A DNA stretch of 64,000 nt from Bdellovibrionota bacterium (GCA_963668355.1 OY764265.1:2784001-2848000); one strand, 5' to 3'; shown: positions 20,795 to 30,114, numbered from the stretch's first letter. The notes: generated by a model from the sequence alone, not told the origin. Numbers and translations: made by a program.

Positions 20795-21429
20795 AAGAAA
20801 TGGAAATTCAGAGTGAACATGATGGATGTGGTATTGAATGACACCTCATTCAATCCCAGTAAGTTAAGTGTGTCTGCGGATTGGTTCTCTCCAAATAGAA
20901 TTTGGTAACCATATTCTGCATCGAAAGAAATTTTGTTTTTGTACAAGTAGGCTCTTAGCCCTGCGGCCAAGGGCACATAATAAGAAATGGAAAAATCCAG
21001 AGCGGTTTCCTGGTTCACGCCAAAGAGGTTGTACCCGCCAATTCCTGCACTGATATAGGGTTGGAGCAGAACGTCTGGATAAATGGCGAGGATTCGAATC
21101 CACTCTTGATTCATTTCCGCGCGGGTATCCAACGCGAGGGTGGTATCGACCGGATCCGGGGATTGAAAACGAAATGTCGAAAACTGATAGCCAATTTCTG
21201 CTTGAAAATACTTATTGAAGTGATGTCCAGCCACCACTCGGACACCAAAACCCGTATCTCCTGAGATTCCCTTTTCCATAGAGAAACCCGTCATTCCAAG
21301 GCCCACCCCCAGCGTCACGTACTTGCTATCGATAAAGCTGATCCGCTGGTCAATCACATCAAATGCTTGTGCACCCGTGCTGCACAAGAACAGGCAAAGC
21401 AGTAAAAAGCTCTGAAATATTTTTTTCAC
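20791..21429 (-). CDS. Small outer-membrane beta-barrel protein
   Basis: Signal peptide AQA, QPYISAGIGGY, amphipathic strands, aromatic C-terminus. Confidence 0.7.
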   Translation of the reverse strand: MKKIFQSFLLLCLFLCSTGAQAFDVIDQRISFIDSKYVTLGVGLGMTGFSMEKGISGDTGFGVRVVAGHHFNKYFQAEIGYQFSTFRFQSPDPVDTTLALDTRAEMNQEWIRILAIYPDVLLQPYISAGIGGYNLFGVNQETALDFSISYYVPLAAGLRAYLYKNKISFDAEYGYQILFGENQSADTLNLLGLNEVSFNTTSIMFTLNFHFL

Positions 21430-22130
21430 GAAGAAACCTCAGTCTGAATCGCAGAGATCCGTTCTCTAACTTTCTCCAAGATTGAAGAGTCTGTAAACTC
21501 TTGCTCAAAGGCTTGATAGGTCTGCAAGGCTTTGGATTTTTGGTTCGCCCATTCCTGGGTTAAACCCAACCTCCAGGCATGCAAATCACGAATGGGATTG
21601 TCTTTGGCATCCATCAGCTCTTTCCAAATCCCTTCGGCCTTCGTCCAGTTCTTCAATGCAACGTAGGCATTCGCCAGCCCCTCCATCGCAAGGTATCGAT
21701 ACGGACGACTCAAACGATTTTCGGCCTGCTCATACGAAGAAATCGCTTGTTCATAATTTCCCAAACGAAGATAGGCTTTTCCCAAATAAAGATGCGCAGT
21801 CGGAGCCATGGCAGTATCACCATGTTCTTGTAGAAAGGCCTCCACTTTTTTGGCCCAGTCTTGCCAGGGATTCTCCTTGGCCGAGTCTTCTTCTTTCAAG
21901 GTCCCACCAGGCATTTCCTCTTCCAACGCTTGAAAAGCATTCGCTGCAACCAAGTTTTCTTTTTTGACTTCGTTTTGCCAAACCAAAAAAGCGCCCAAGA
22001 GGACAAAGACTCCCGCAACCACAATCACCACTTTTTTCCAATTCGTTACGATGTCCTTGGTCAGTTCCCCAAAAATCTGGACAAATTGATCTGGACGTCG
22101 AAGGACTTCTTTAAGCTTCTTTCTACTCAT
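21426..22130 (-). CDS. YfgM-like TPR membrane-anchored chaperone
   Basis: MSRKKLKE..RPDQF N-terminus, single TM, TPRs. Confidence 0.75.
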   Translation of the reverse strand: MSRKKLKEVLRRPDQFVQIFGELTKDIVTNWKKVVIVVAGVFVLLGAFLVWQNEVKKENLVAANAFQALEEEMPGGTLKEEDSAKENPWQDWAKKVEAFLQEHGDTAMAPTAHLYLGKAYLRLGNYEQAISSYEQAENRLSRPYRYLAMEGLANAYVALKNWTKAEGIWKELMDAKDNPIRDLHAWRLGLTQEWANQKSKALQTYQAFEQEFTDSSILEKVRERISAIQTEVSS

Positions 22131-22174
22131 TGCGGCGGAGAAGCTAACAGACCCTGGTTTCCAGCGCAAATTCA

Positions 22175-22918
22175 ATGAGTTCCAATGTTGACTATTCTTA
22201 CAAGGCCGTAGATCCTGAACGGTACAAAGCCATGGGAAACCAACCAGACGATCCAAAAAAAGACCATCCGGAGTTTGATTTCAGCCGGGTGGATCAAGAG
22301 CGCCTTCAAAATGAAGATGCTGCCAGAGCCGGAACCCCACCCCCACCTGACCTCAATGCAAAATTGGAATTGGCCGAAGAAAAACCCCCAAAAGCCGTCA
22401 AGCCCAGTTCCATATCTCGTCCTGAATCCAGGTACCTGGTTTCCACCACGGGGGAGAAAAAGCGGAAATTATTCCTCCAAGCCGGGGGGATCTTTGTAAT
22501 TTTCTCCATTCTCATTCCGGCTTTGTTGATGGGAAGCTTTTTAACCATTGTTCATTTTGAGAAGAAAGCCGACGAAGAGAAAAAACAGGCCGTCTCTCAG
22601 AAGTTGAAGCAATCTGAAGTTCTGCAAACCTTTCAAAATGCCAACTCCCCAAAAAAGAACACCTCCAAACCGAAAAAAGCGATTGGAATGGGATTTGGAA
22701 CGTTATTGATTCGAACGACTCCAACTGGAGCCAACGTTTTCTTTAACGGATCTCCCCTCACACAAAAAACCCCCGTGAAGATTACTCGGGTCCCCTCGCG
22801 TCAACCTTTAAGGATCAAGGCGTCCAAGACGGGATATCAAGAAGAACTTCGGATGTTGAACATTGAACCCAAAGAAAATCGGGAACTCAACATCCACCTT
22901 GATTCATCACGTCCCTAA
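22175..22918 (+). CDS. Single-TM PEGA-domain protein
   Basis: TM then GTLLIRTTPTGANVFFNG..KTP...K.GY PEGA pattern. Confidence 0.78.
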   Translation: MSSNVDYSYKAVDPERYKAMGNQPDDPKKDHPEFDFSRVDQERLQNEDAARAGTPPPPDLNAKLELAEEKPPKAVKPSSISRPESRYLVSTTGEKKRKLFLQAGGIFVIFSILIPALLMGSFLTIVHFEKKADEEKKQAVSQKLKQSEVLQTFQNANSPKKNTSKPKKAIGMGFGTLLIRTTPTGANVFFNGSPLTQKTPVKITRVPSRQPLRIKASKTGYQEELRMLNIEPKENRELNIHLDSSRP

Positions 22919-22922
22919 GCCA

Positions 22923-24152
22923 TCAAAAACTTTGAATCCAGGTAATCAGCTTAAGGATCAAGGCCTGCAATCGATTGCTTAAAAAAGGAAGATCGGGCTT
23001 AGCCACAAAAATCACGTAGTAAAAAAGGCAGAGGAAAAAAACTCCTCCAAACACCCAAATTCTTCGGCTTCGTTTCATTTTCGGATTCGTCACAGATACT
23101 GTATCCATATTCCCAAAACGCTGATCCGTACGGTCTTTCACAATGGCATCCACACGACCCGGAAACAGTTTGGATTCGGAAGACACAATCCCCTGTTCGA
23201 TCAAAAAAGATCTCAACAAATCACGCGTGGACCCTACGCCCTGCCTTCGAAGAAAACTTTCTAATTTCAACTTCAATTCAGATGCCGAGTTGGCCCGACG
23301 ATTGATCGGTTTTCGAAGACAAGAGCTGATGATGTCCCTCAAGGTTTTTGCGTGCTTCTTGTTGGGTTTTAGATAACGACCGGTTTGGACTTCTTCCAAC
23401 AAGCTTTGCAAGGTTGTCGAACGAAACGGTGTCTTGCCCTCCAACATCTCAAAGAAAATCACTCCGATGGCAAAGAGATCCGAATGCGTGGTCACTTCTT
23501 TTCCAAGTGCCTGTTCCGGAGACATATAGGCTGGAGTTCCCAATATTTGACCCGGTTGCGTGAGGGGTTCCAATTCGGGGCAAAGGGAGATTCCAAAGTC
23601 CATGAGTTTGGCCACACCTTGTTTGGTGATCATGATGTTTCCGGGTTTGATGTCCCGATGAACGATGGCAAATCGATGGATGTACTCCAATCCCGCCAAA
23701 CATTGATACAGAATGGCGACCGCTACCTTGGGAGGAAGAGGACCGCATTGACGAAGCAATTCACTCAATTCCATGCCGTCACAGTATTCCAGGACGATGT
23801 AACGACTTCCCTGAGCCGCTCGATAGTCATACAAATGAACCAGATTTTCATGACTCAAATGCGCCCACATTGCAGCTTCTCGTTCGAATCGATGTTTGAC
23901 GTTCTCAGGGAGTTCCTTTTGGGGAGAAAAACGCTTTATGGCCACATACCGTCCCAAAGACTCTTGTGTGGCCCGATAAACGGTAGAAGTGGATCCCCGG
24001 CCCAAAACCATATCGATCTGGTATCCGGGTAACTCCTCCCCCACGCCATTCAATGTTTGATCGTCCACCTTCGGCACGTGTCCACCTGTCCCACGAGTGT
24101 ACGCGATTTCTTTTTTCGGCCTAGAAGAACTTGGAAAAAGAGATTTGAACAT
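22923..24152 (-). CDS. Hanks-type Ser/Thr protein kinase with C-terminal TM
   Basis: LGRG..STVY, VAIK, HRDIKPGN, DFG, GTPAYMSPEQ. Confidence 0.95.
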   Translation of the reverse strand: MFKSLFPSSSRPKKEIAYTRGTGGHVPKVDDQTLNGVGEELPGYQIDMVLGRGSTSTVYRATQESLGRYVAIKRFSPQKELPENVKHRFEREAAMWAHLSHENLVHLYDYRAAQGSRYIVLEYCDGMELSELLRQCGPLPPKVAVAILYQCLAGLEYIHRFAIVHRDIKPGNIMITKQGVAKLMDFGISLCPELEPLTQPGQILGTPAYMSPEQALGKEVTTHSDLFAIGVIFFEMLEGKTPFRSTTLQSLLEEVQTGRYLKPNKKHAKTLRDIISSCLRKPINRRANSASELKLKLESFLRRQGVGSTRDLLRSFLIEQGIVSSESKLFPGRVDAIVKDRTDQRFGNMDTVSVTNPKMKRSRRIWVFGGVFFLCLFYYVIFVAKPDLPFLSNRLQALILKLITWIQSF

Positions 24153-24375
24153 GTTCTCCCGAAACCGAGTGCAAAAACCGAACCCTTAAACGTTTTTCTA
24201 TGTCCTTGGAATTACATCAACTTTAAAAGACTCAGCGATCCGAAACTCCGCAAAAAAACGACATCTATGAAGAATTTTCCAGGCCAATTTTTCACCGATG
24301 TCTCCCCAGGCGAAGAGGCGAAACCTCTTGAAAATACATGAAAACCAGTATAGACACCCTGCCACTTCATTCGGT

Positions 24376-24463
24376 GCCGAGGTGGCGGAACTGGTAGACG
24401 CGTCGGACTCAAAATCCGAAGTCCTTTACGGATGTGGGGGTTCGAGTCCCCCCCTCGGCACCA
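24376..24463 (+). tRNA. tRNA-Leu (CAA)
   Basis: GCCGAGGTGGCGGAACTGGTAGACGC...TCGGA-CTCAAAA-TCCGA, long variable arm, GTTCGAGT, CGGCACCA. Confidence 0.96.
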
Positions 24464-24464
24464 T

Positions 24465-25012
24465 CTTAATTAAGGGGCCCACCTTACAGGGTAAGGCGGT
24501 GGCCCCCTTAATGATCCCGTCGCAAACGGACTAACCAAGTGAGATCCGTTCACTCCATCATATCCCCCTCGCTAACTTGAAAGCACGGGCCTGAGAACCC
24601 TAGATAGAGAAGCACGCTGCCGCAGCCTTAATTAAGGGGCCCACCTTACAGGGTAAGGCGGTGGCCCCCTTAATGATCCCGTCGCAAACGGACTAACCAA
24701 GTGAGATCCGTTCACTCCATCATATCCCCCTCGCTAACTTGAAAGCACGGGCCTGAGAACCCTAGATAGAGAAGCACGCTGCCGCAGCCTTAATTAAGGG
24801 GCCCACCTTACAGGGTAAGGCGGTGGCCCCCTTAATGATCCCGTCGCAAACGGACTAACCAAGTGAGATCCGTTCACTCCATCATATCCCCCTCGCTAAC
24901 TTGAAAGCACGGGCCTGAGAACCCTAGATAGAGAAGCACGCTGCCTCAGCCTTAATTAAGGGGCCCACCTTACAGGGTAAGGCGGTGGCCCCCTTAATGA
25001 TCCCGTCGCAAA
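24465..25012. repeat. 162-bp tandem repeat, three full copies plus partial fourth
   Basis: Units start at 24465, 24627, 24789, 24951 (CTTAATTAAGGGGCCC...); one substitution seen in copy 3. Confidence 0.97.
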
Positions 25013-25230
25013 AACTCTGCAAAGCCGAGCTTTCACTCCATTTCAGGCAACGACACTAACCATGCCCCAGCCAAACTCTTTTAGCTCCCAAGGACAATAA
25101 CAAACGACAATCGCGTTTTTGGCGCCCCTTAACGATCAATCCTTAACCCCTAACCCTTAATCCTTCGACAGAGTCCTCCAATAAAATTGAATTTGACTGA
25201 GTGCGTCGATTTGGTACATCCCCCTCCATC

Positions 25231-25503
25231 ATGAAAAAATCCTCACTCAAATGGTTTTAGATCGGTTTGCTTCTTCTTTTTCCGTTAGTCTTTTCCACGA
25301 TGGCGCAAGCTGGAAGACAAGATGACGAGAAGAAGGCGCTCGACCTGGTGGGAAAAGTCAAACTGAGATCCAACGAAGGGGCGGTCTACCTCTACCAAGG
25401 AACCACCGTCAATTGTGTCGTGAGTTTTGTCGCTGCAGGAAATCCGGGTTATGCCAACCAGGGACAGGCGGCCGGGACGGCCATCCACTGTTTCGAAAAA
25501 TAA
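25231..25503 (+). pseudogene. Small secreted protein with in-frame TAG in its signal peptide
   Basis: MKKSSLKWF*IGLLLLFPLVFSTMAQA-GRQDD...CFEK; track lists only the downstream part from 25267. Confidence 0.55.
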
Positions 25504-25687
25504 CGAAGCCGATTCAATACCATTCATTCAAAGCGACCTGGAAATCTTCCATTTCGCCCTTATTCATGAATCGTTCCCAGGTCAACAAAGCACACATGGC
25601 CAAGAAAGAAGCAATGAATCTCATGGGAAAAGATTAATTGGGAGGGAACAAGAAAAAATGAAGGAAACGTAAAGTTCTTTTAAAGCC

Positions 25688-25725
25688 AATGGGCGGAAGG
25701 GTTTTTCCCTTCCGCCCATTTTTTC
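25688..25725. terminator. Rho-independent terminator, possibly bidirectional
   Basis: AATGGGCGGAAGGG-loop-CCCTTCCGCCCATT followed by a T-run. Confidence 0.85.
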
Positions 25726-25744
25726 TCACCGGTGAGAGATCGAA

Positions 25745-25843
25745 TCAGTAGCGAACACCTCCACCAAAAAAAGCATCATGCGGTGGGACAGATGAAAGCA
25801 TCATTCGAAAGTATTTTCCTAGATAGTTGACGAGTGTTTTCAT
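25745..25843 (-). CDS. Putative 32-aa small protein
   Basis: AAGGAG SD 5 nt before ATG; MKTLVNYLGKYFRMMLSSVPPHDAFFGGGVRY*; hairpin downstream. Confidence 0.55.
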   Translation of the reverse strand: MKTLVNYLGKYFRMMLSSVPPHDAFFGGGVRY

Positions 25844-25945
25844 GGGGGCTCCTTGTTGAGTTAACAATGCCCCGTAGATACACCCACCCCTTAAAGAGCG
25901 GACGAAGCTCCGGTTAATAACGTGTAAATTCCTGTTAGACGCGAT

Positions 25946-27139
25946 TTACGGCAGTTTTAACACGAAGTCATTGCCTTCGACGGCCTTTTGGTATTGCGGC
26001 ATGCCATCCACATAGACCATCACGCGTGTAATGGCCCCGTCAGGCCCCGCAAATTGACGTGTGGTGATCTTTTTCACTCGGGTGCCCCCAAAAGCGCCAT
26101 ACTGTGGATTTAGGCCATTCTTAGCATCCTTAAAATCCACAACGACTCGGTTTGGATTGATCATCCGAAAGATTTTGTACTTCGTGGCAGCATCTCGATT
26201 GATTCGAACGGTCGTAATGCCCCCTTCATCGCCCACGGAAATGGTATTGATGGAGGGTAGATTGTCCGGGAGGACATTCGAATCGAAGGTTCCCGGCTTG
26301 GCTTCAGGAATCGCTGCGACCTGAGGGGCATCCGCTACATCGCCGCCCTCAAACGTACCGCTTCCCTCTTCGCCAAAAAGTTCATCCAAGTCGATGTCGT
26401 CTTCCATATCTGAAGCTTCCGGAGCTGCAACATCCGGCGTACCCTCGTCCATTTCCTCAGCTACCATAGGCTCTTCGTCAAACATGGGCTCATCTTCCAC
26501 TATAGGAGCTGGTTCGGGAGTCGGCGTCGGGGTCGCCTTCTTCACAATTTTTCGCCGTGGTTTGGGTTTCGGCTTACGCTTGGCCATTTTCTTTTTGGGC
26601 TTGGGTTTCGGCTTCGCGATTTTCTTGGGCTTTGGAGTGGGCGGAACCGTAGCTTCGACGACAGGTTCTTGGGCCGGAACTTCTCCTGCCAGTTCAACGT
26701 ATAGCGTCGTCCCAATCAGACGGTCTCGATAGCTGGGCTCCCCTTTTAGGTTAATTTCAATTCGAGCCACCGGCTGGCCACCCATCACGGATTTCGAAGC
26801 TTCAATGCTCTCAATCAAAGGATGGGGACTCACAATGGTGTTCTTTAACAATCGCAAGTCCACTTCAGGAATTTCCACCAACACACCTTTGGAAGGTAGT
26901 GGCAAAGGACTCAGCCGATACCCCGGTCCCGGAACTTCACTAATCTGAACCAATGCACCCTTTGGCATTTCAGTGGTGCGAATTTGACTCACCGCTACTT
27001 TAGGAGGCATTGCTTCTTCTTGCGTGACGGAAGGGGTTTTCCCCTTCTGTTTCTGCTTTTCCATGTACTGCAATCCAAAGAAAACCAATCCGGCCAAAAT
27101 CAAAATGATCAGGACGCTACGTAGAACTGTCTTTGCCAT
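25946..27139 (-). CDS. Membrane-anchored AMIN-domain protein
   Basis: N-terminal TM, Lys/Pro then acidic linker, Y..F.M.NPNRVVVDF...RVMV AMIN pattern. Confidence 0.75.
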   Translation of the reverse strand: MAKTVLRSVLIILILAGLVFFGLQYMEKQKQKGKTPSVTQEEAMPPKVAVSQIRTTEMPKGALVQISEVPGPGYRLSPLPLPSKGVLVEIPEVDLRLLKNTIVSPHPLIESIEASKSVMGGQPVARIEINLKGEPSYRDRLIGTTLYVELAGEVPAQEPVVEATVPPTPKPKKIAKPKPKPKKKMAKRKPKPKPRRKIVKKATPTPTPEPAPIVEDEPMFDEEPMVAEEMDEGTPDVAAPEASDMEDDIDLDELFGEEGSGTFEGGDVADAPQVAAIPEAKPGTFDSNVLPDNLPSINTISVGDEGGITTVRINRDAATKYKIFRMINPNRVVVDFKDAKNGLNPQYGAFGGTRVKKITTRQFAGPDGAITRVMVYVDGMPQYQKAVEGNDFVLKLP

Positions 27140-27164
27140 GATTTTTGTGTAACCTTTCTACCCA

Positions 27165-29438
27165 GTGTTCAATACGATTGTCGCATTACTATTATTCATT
27201 CCAGGAAGTCTCTTTGCTTCCAACGCAACCACACCATCTTACATCATCCAGCTCGATGGTGCTCAACTTCTTGAAAGAGATCTTACACGGCCTTTGCCAG
27301 AGAATGAACTTTCTGAGTTGAAAACCTTCTTTCAAAAGGCCTCCAAACAATCGAAAAAAGGGGTCACACGCAAGGATGAGATCCATATGGCCCTAGGCCT
27401 TCTGGAAATCCAGGATCTTCGCCCCTCTCAAGCCATCAAACAATTTGGCAAAGTCCCAGCAACCTCCCCCCTTTCCGAGTACGCGCTTTTTTACCTTGGA
27501 AAAGCTCACCGACTGGCCGGGATTTCGGCCGAAGAGAAACGAAAGTGGACCCAAAGTCATACCCACTGTTTTTCGGCCAAACGCGTTTTTCAAGAGTTGT
27601 CGGATCGAGGTTCGGAGATTTTTCCAACTGAACGCCAACATGAACGAAATGAAGCTCACAAATGTTGGTTACGCTCCCTGGTTCATCGCAGGCATTACAC
27701 GGAAGCCTATCCGTATTTATTGCAGATTATCCAAGAGAACTCTGAACTCACGCCAGAAGAGCTGGAGTGGTTTTTATTGGGTGTGGTCCGATCCCTAAAA
27801 GCCCAAAAAAGAAACGAAGAGGCTCAGCTTTTGATCGAAAACTACGTGGATCGATACCCGACGTTTTCCAGGTTAAAAAAGGAAAGACGAAAAACCGCCA
27901 ACGCTCCGGAAGAAACCAATGCCAGACGCTCCATTCCCTCAGAAGTCCAAAAACGCGTTCCCATGGACGTCAAACTTCCAGAAGATCATGACTATGAAAA
28001 ATTAATTCAAAGTCTTCGCCGAAAAAAATGGTCGCAGGCCACGAGGCGGTTGGTATCTTTGTTTAAAAAATACCCTGGCTCCGAAGCCACACAAAGAGCA
28101 GAAGGTCTTCTTCCTTCTCTTCTTTCCAGCCTTATTCATGAGAACGCCCTCTCGCGTACCAACATAAACCGCTTGAAGGATCTTCCCTCGCTTCCGCTTT
28201 ATTCGATTGCTAAGACCCTTTGGACATCCGAGAAACACGACGAAGCCGCAAAACTTTTGGAACATTTGATCGATCGAGATCCGGCCTCTTCAAAGGCCAG
28301 CAATGCCCTCTATGTGTTGGCCCGAATTCAAGAAGATAAATTGGAATGGAAGGATGCACGAGAGTACTACCAACAACTGGTCCAAGGATATTCAGCCAGT
28401 TCTTTTTATCTTCGATCTCGATTCAAACTTCCCTGGTTGAGTTATCTACTCGGGGACTACAAGGAAGCCATTCATGGATTCGAACAAGAGTTGGCTTTGT
28501 CCAAAGGACCTCGTTACGAAGGGCAGGCCCTCTATTGGATGGCAAAGGCCTATGACGGCTTGAACCAACCCAAAAAAGCACAAGAGTTGAGAGATCGCCT
28601 GGCTCAAAATGCCCCTCTCACCTACTACGCTGTGTTAATCCAGAGACTTCCCCATATTGAAAAGGTCCCTTTTCCACCCATAAAAACCCCAAAAAATTTC
28701 TGGAGCGAACAATCTCTGCAAAAAGCGATGTCTTTAATGGCCGCAGGGTTGCCCCAAGAAGCTGCGAAAGTCCTTCAGACCCTTCGAACCAACGATCCGG
28801 GATTAAAAAGGCGCATCGCTCAATTGTTTCAGATTGCTTCCAACCACCCTCCAGCCATTTCACAAGCGTATCGGGATTTAATTGGAAAGGGCTCCCCTCC
28901 TTTGCCCCTGCATCTCATGGAACTTTTCTTTCCCGTTGAACACGAACACCTCATTCAAAAAGAGGCCACCGAACAAGGACTGGACCCCATTTTGATCCAA
29001 TCCCTCATCAAACAGGAAAGCGCCTACAAAAAAGAGGCCGTCAGCCGGGCTGGTGCCCTAGGCCTCATGCAGTTGATGCCTCGAACGGCCCGAAACGTGG
29101 CCAAAAAAAACAAACACCCTCTTCAATCCAACGAAGAGATCTTAGAGTCCGAAACCAATATTTTATTGGGGACCCGTTATTTGGCAGAAATTCTAAAAAG
29201 GTTTGATGGAAATTTGGTTTACGCATTGGCTTCATATAACGCAGGACCCAATCGCGTTGCATCGTGGGTCGAAGCTTGGAAGAGTCTCCCCACAGACGTT
29301 TTTGTGGAGCTGATGCCCTTAGACGAAACCCGAAATTACGTAAAGTCAATTGTCAGAAACCGTGCTTTTTACACTTACTTACGAACACTAAACAAGAATC
29401 AACTTCCTGAATCAGATGTCTCCACAGCTCGTCCTTAG
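27165..29438 (+). CDS. Soluble lytic transglycosylase (Slt-like) with TPRs
   Basis: KQESAY, GALGLMQLMP, LASYNAGP, ETRNYV. Confidence 0.92.
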   Translation: MFNTIVALLLFIPGSLFASNATTPSYIIQLDGAQLLERDLTRPLPENELSELKTFFQKASKQSKKGVTRKDEIHMALGLLEIQDLRPSQAIKQFGKVPATSPLSEYALFYLGKAHRLAGISAEEKRKWTQSHTHCFSAKRVFQELSDRGSEIFPTERQHERNEAHKCWLRSLVHRRHYTEAYPYLLQIIQENSELTPEELEWFLLGVVRSLKAQKRNEEAQLLIENYVDRYPTFSRLKKERRKTANAPEETNARRSIPSEVQKRVPMDVKLPEDHDYEKLIQSLRRKKWSQATRRLVSLFKKYPGSEATQRAEGLLPSLLSSLIHENALSRTNINRLKDLPSLPLYSIAKTLWTSEKHDEAAKLLEHLIDRDPASSKASNALYVLARIQEDKLEWKDAREYYQQLVQGYSASSFYLRSRFKLPWLSYLLGDYKEAIHGFEQELALSKGPRYEGQALYWMAKAYDGLNQPKKAQELRDRLAQNAPLTYYAVLIQRLPHIEKVPFPPIKTPKNFWSEQSLQKAMSLMAAGLPQEAAKVLQTLRTNDPGLKRRIAQLFQIASNHPPAISQAYRDLIGKGSPPLPLHLMELFFPVEHEHLIQKEATEQGLDPILIQSLIKQESAYKKEAVSRAGALGLMQLMPRTARNVAKKNKHPLQSNEEILESETNILLGTRYLAEILKRFDGNLVYALASYNAGPNRVASWVEAWKSLPTDVFVELMPLDETRNYVKSIVRNRAFYTYLRTLNKNQLPESDVSTARP

Positions 29439-29484
29439 TTTCAAAAAATACTGATTTAAAATGGACGATTCCAAGAAAAACAGC

Positions 29485-29501
29485 TTGGCATCTATGTTGC
29501 A
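29485..29501 (+). promoter_or_regulatory. Candidate sigma54 promoter upstream of HU gene
   Basis: TTGGCATCTATGTTGCA, GG-N10-GC spacing. Confidence 0.45.
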
Positions 29502-29592
29502 GAGGCGTGCGTCGCATTAACATGTTAACCGATGGTTTCCGGAATATTGGCCGCAACCCTGCATATGGACCAGGTTTAATCGATGCTTTTTG

Positions 29593-29621
29593 TTGACATT
29601 GACCTCTTTTCCCCATACAAC
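29593..29621 (+). promoter_or_regulatory. Candidate sigma70 promoter of HU gene
   Basis: TTGACA-N17-TACAAC. Confidence 0.45.
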
Positions 29622-29671
29622 AATCGACATCGTAATTTTGTTTTAACCACAGAGCACAAGGAGAAGCTCAC

Positions 29672-29950
29672 ATGACAAAAGCAGAACTGGTCGAAAAAGT
29701 ATGCACAAGCCTCAAACATCGAGAACTTTCCAAAGCTGCAGTGAATGAAATTGCAGACTGCATGTTTGAACACCTCGCCAAAGGCGTGAAGAAAGACAAA
29801 AGATTCACGTATCCTGGATTTGGTACTTGGACTGTGCGTACTCGAAAAGCCCGCAAAGGCCGAAATCCTCAAACTGGCGCAGTGATCAACATTCCTGCCA
29901 GCAAGACGATCGGTTTCCGTCCTTCTCCTGAGCTGAAAAACAGCCTCTAA
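29672..29950 (+). CDS. hup: HU family DNA-binding protein
   Basis: MTKAEL, GFGTW, RKGRNPQTG, FRPS; AAGGAG SD. Confidence 0.93.
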   Translation: MTKAELVEKVCTSLKHRELSKAAVNEIADCMFEHLAKGVKKDKRFTYPGFGTWTVRTRKARKGRNPQTGAVINIPASKTIGFRPSPELKNSL

Positions 29951-29969
29951 GTTTTAGGACGTATTGATT

Positions 29970-30005
29970 AAAAGCCCGTCTCTCACAAGGAGACGGGCTT
30001 TTTTT
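29970..30005 (+). terminator. Rho-independent terminator after hup
   Basis: AAAAGCCCGTCTC-loop-GAGACGGGCTTTTTTT. Confidence 0.9.
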
Positions 30006-30114
30006 ATGTGCATTTTTGAACTAGACATGAAAGTCAGAAGGCACTAAAAACGCTCCCAGTTCAAAGAACTGGACCCAAGTAGAGTGGATCTTAAGAAACG
30101 CAACACTTGGCTCA

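Noticed and set aside
24465..25012. CRISPR array or repeat-protein gene
   Set aside because: Units are near-identical over their full 162 bp with no unique spacers, there are no cas genes, and no ORF spans the array
25138..25165. Telomere-like TAACCC run
   Set aside because: Only about three imperfect copies; low complexity
25530..25672. Faint RNase III-like fragment (LEIFHFALIHESF...SNE)
   Set aside because: Lacks the ERLEFLGD signature and a start; probably chance
26520..26645. Short DNA repeats in the AMIN gene
   Set aside because: Explained by Lys/Pro low-complexity protein coding
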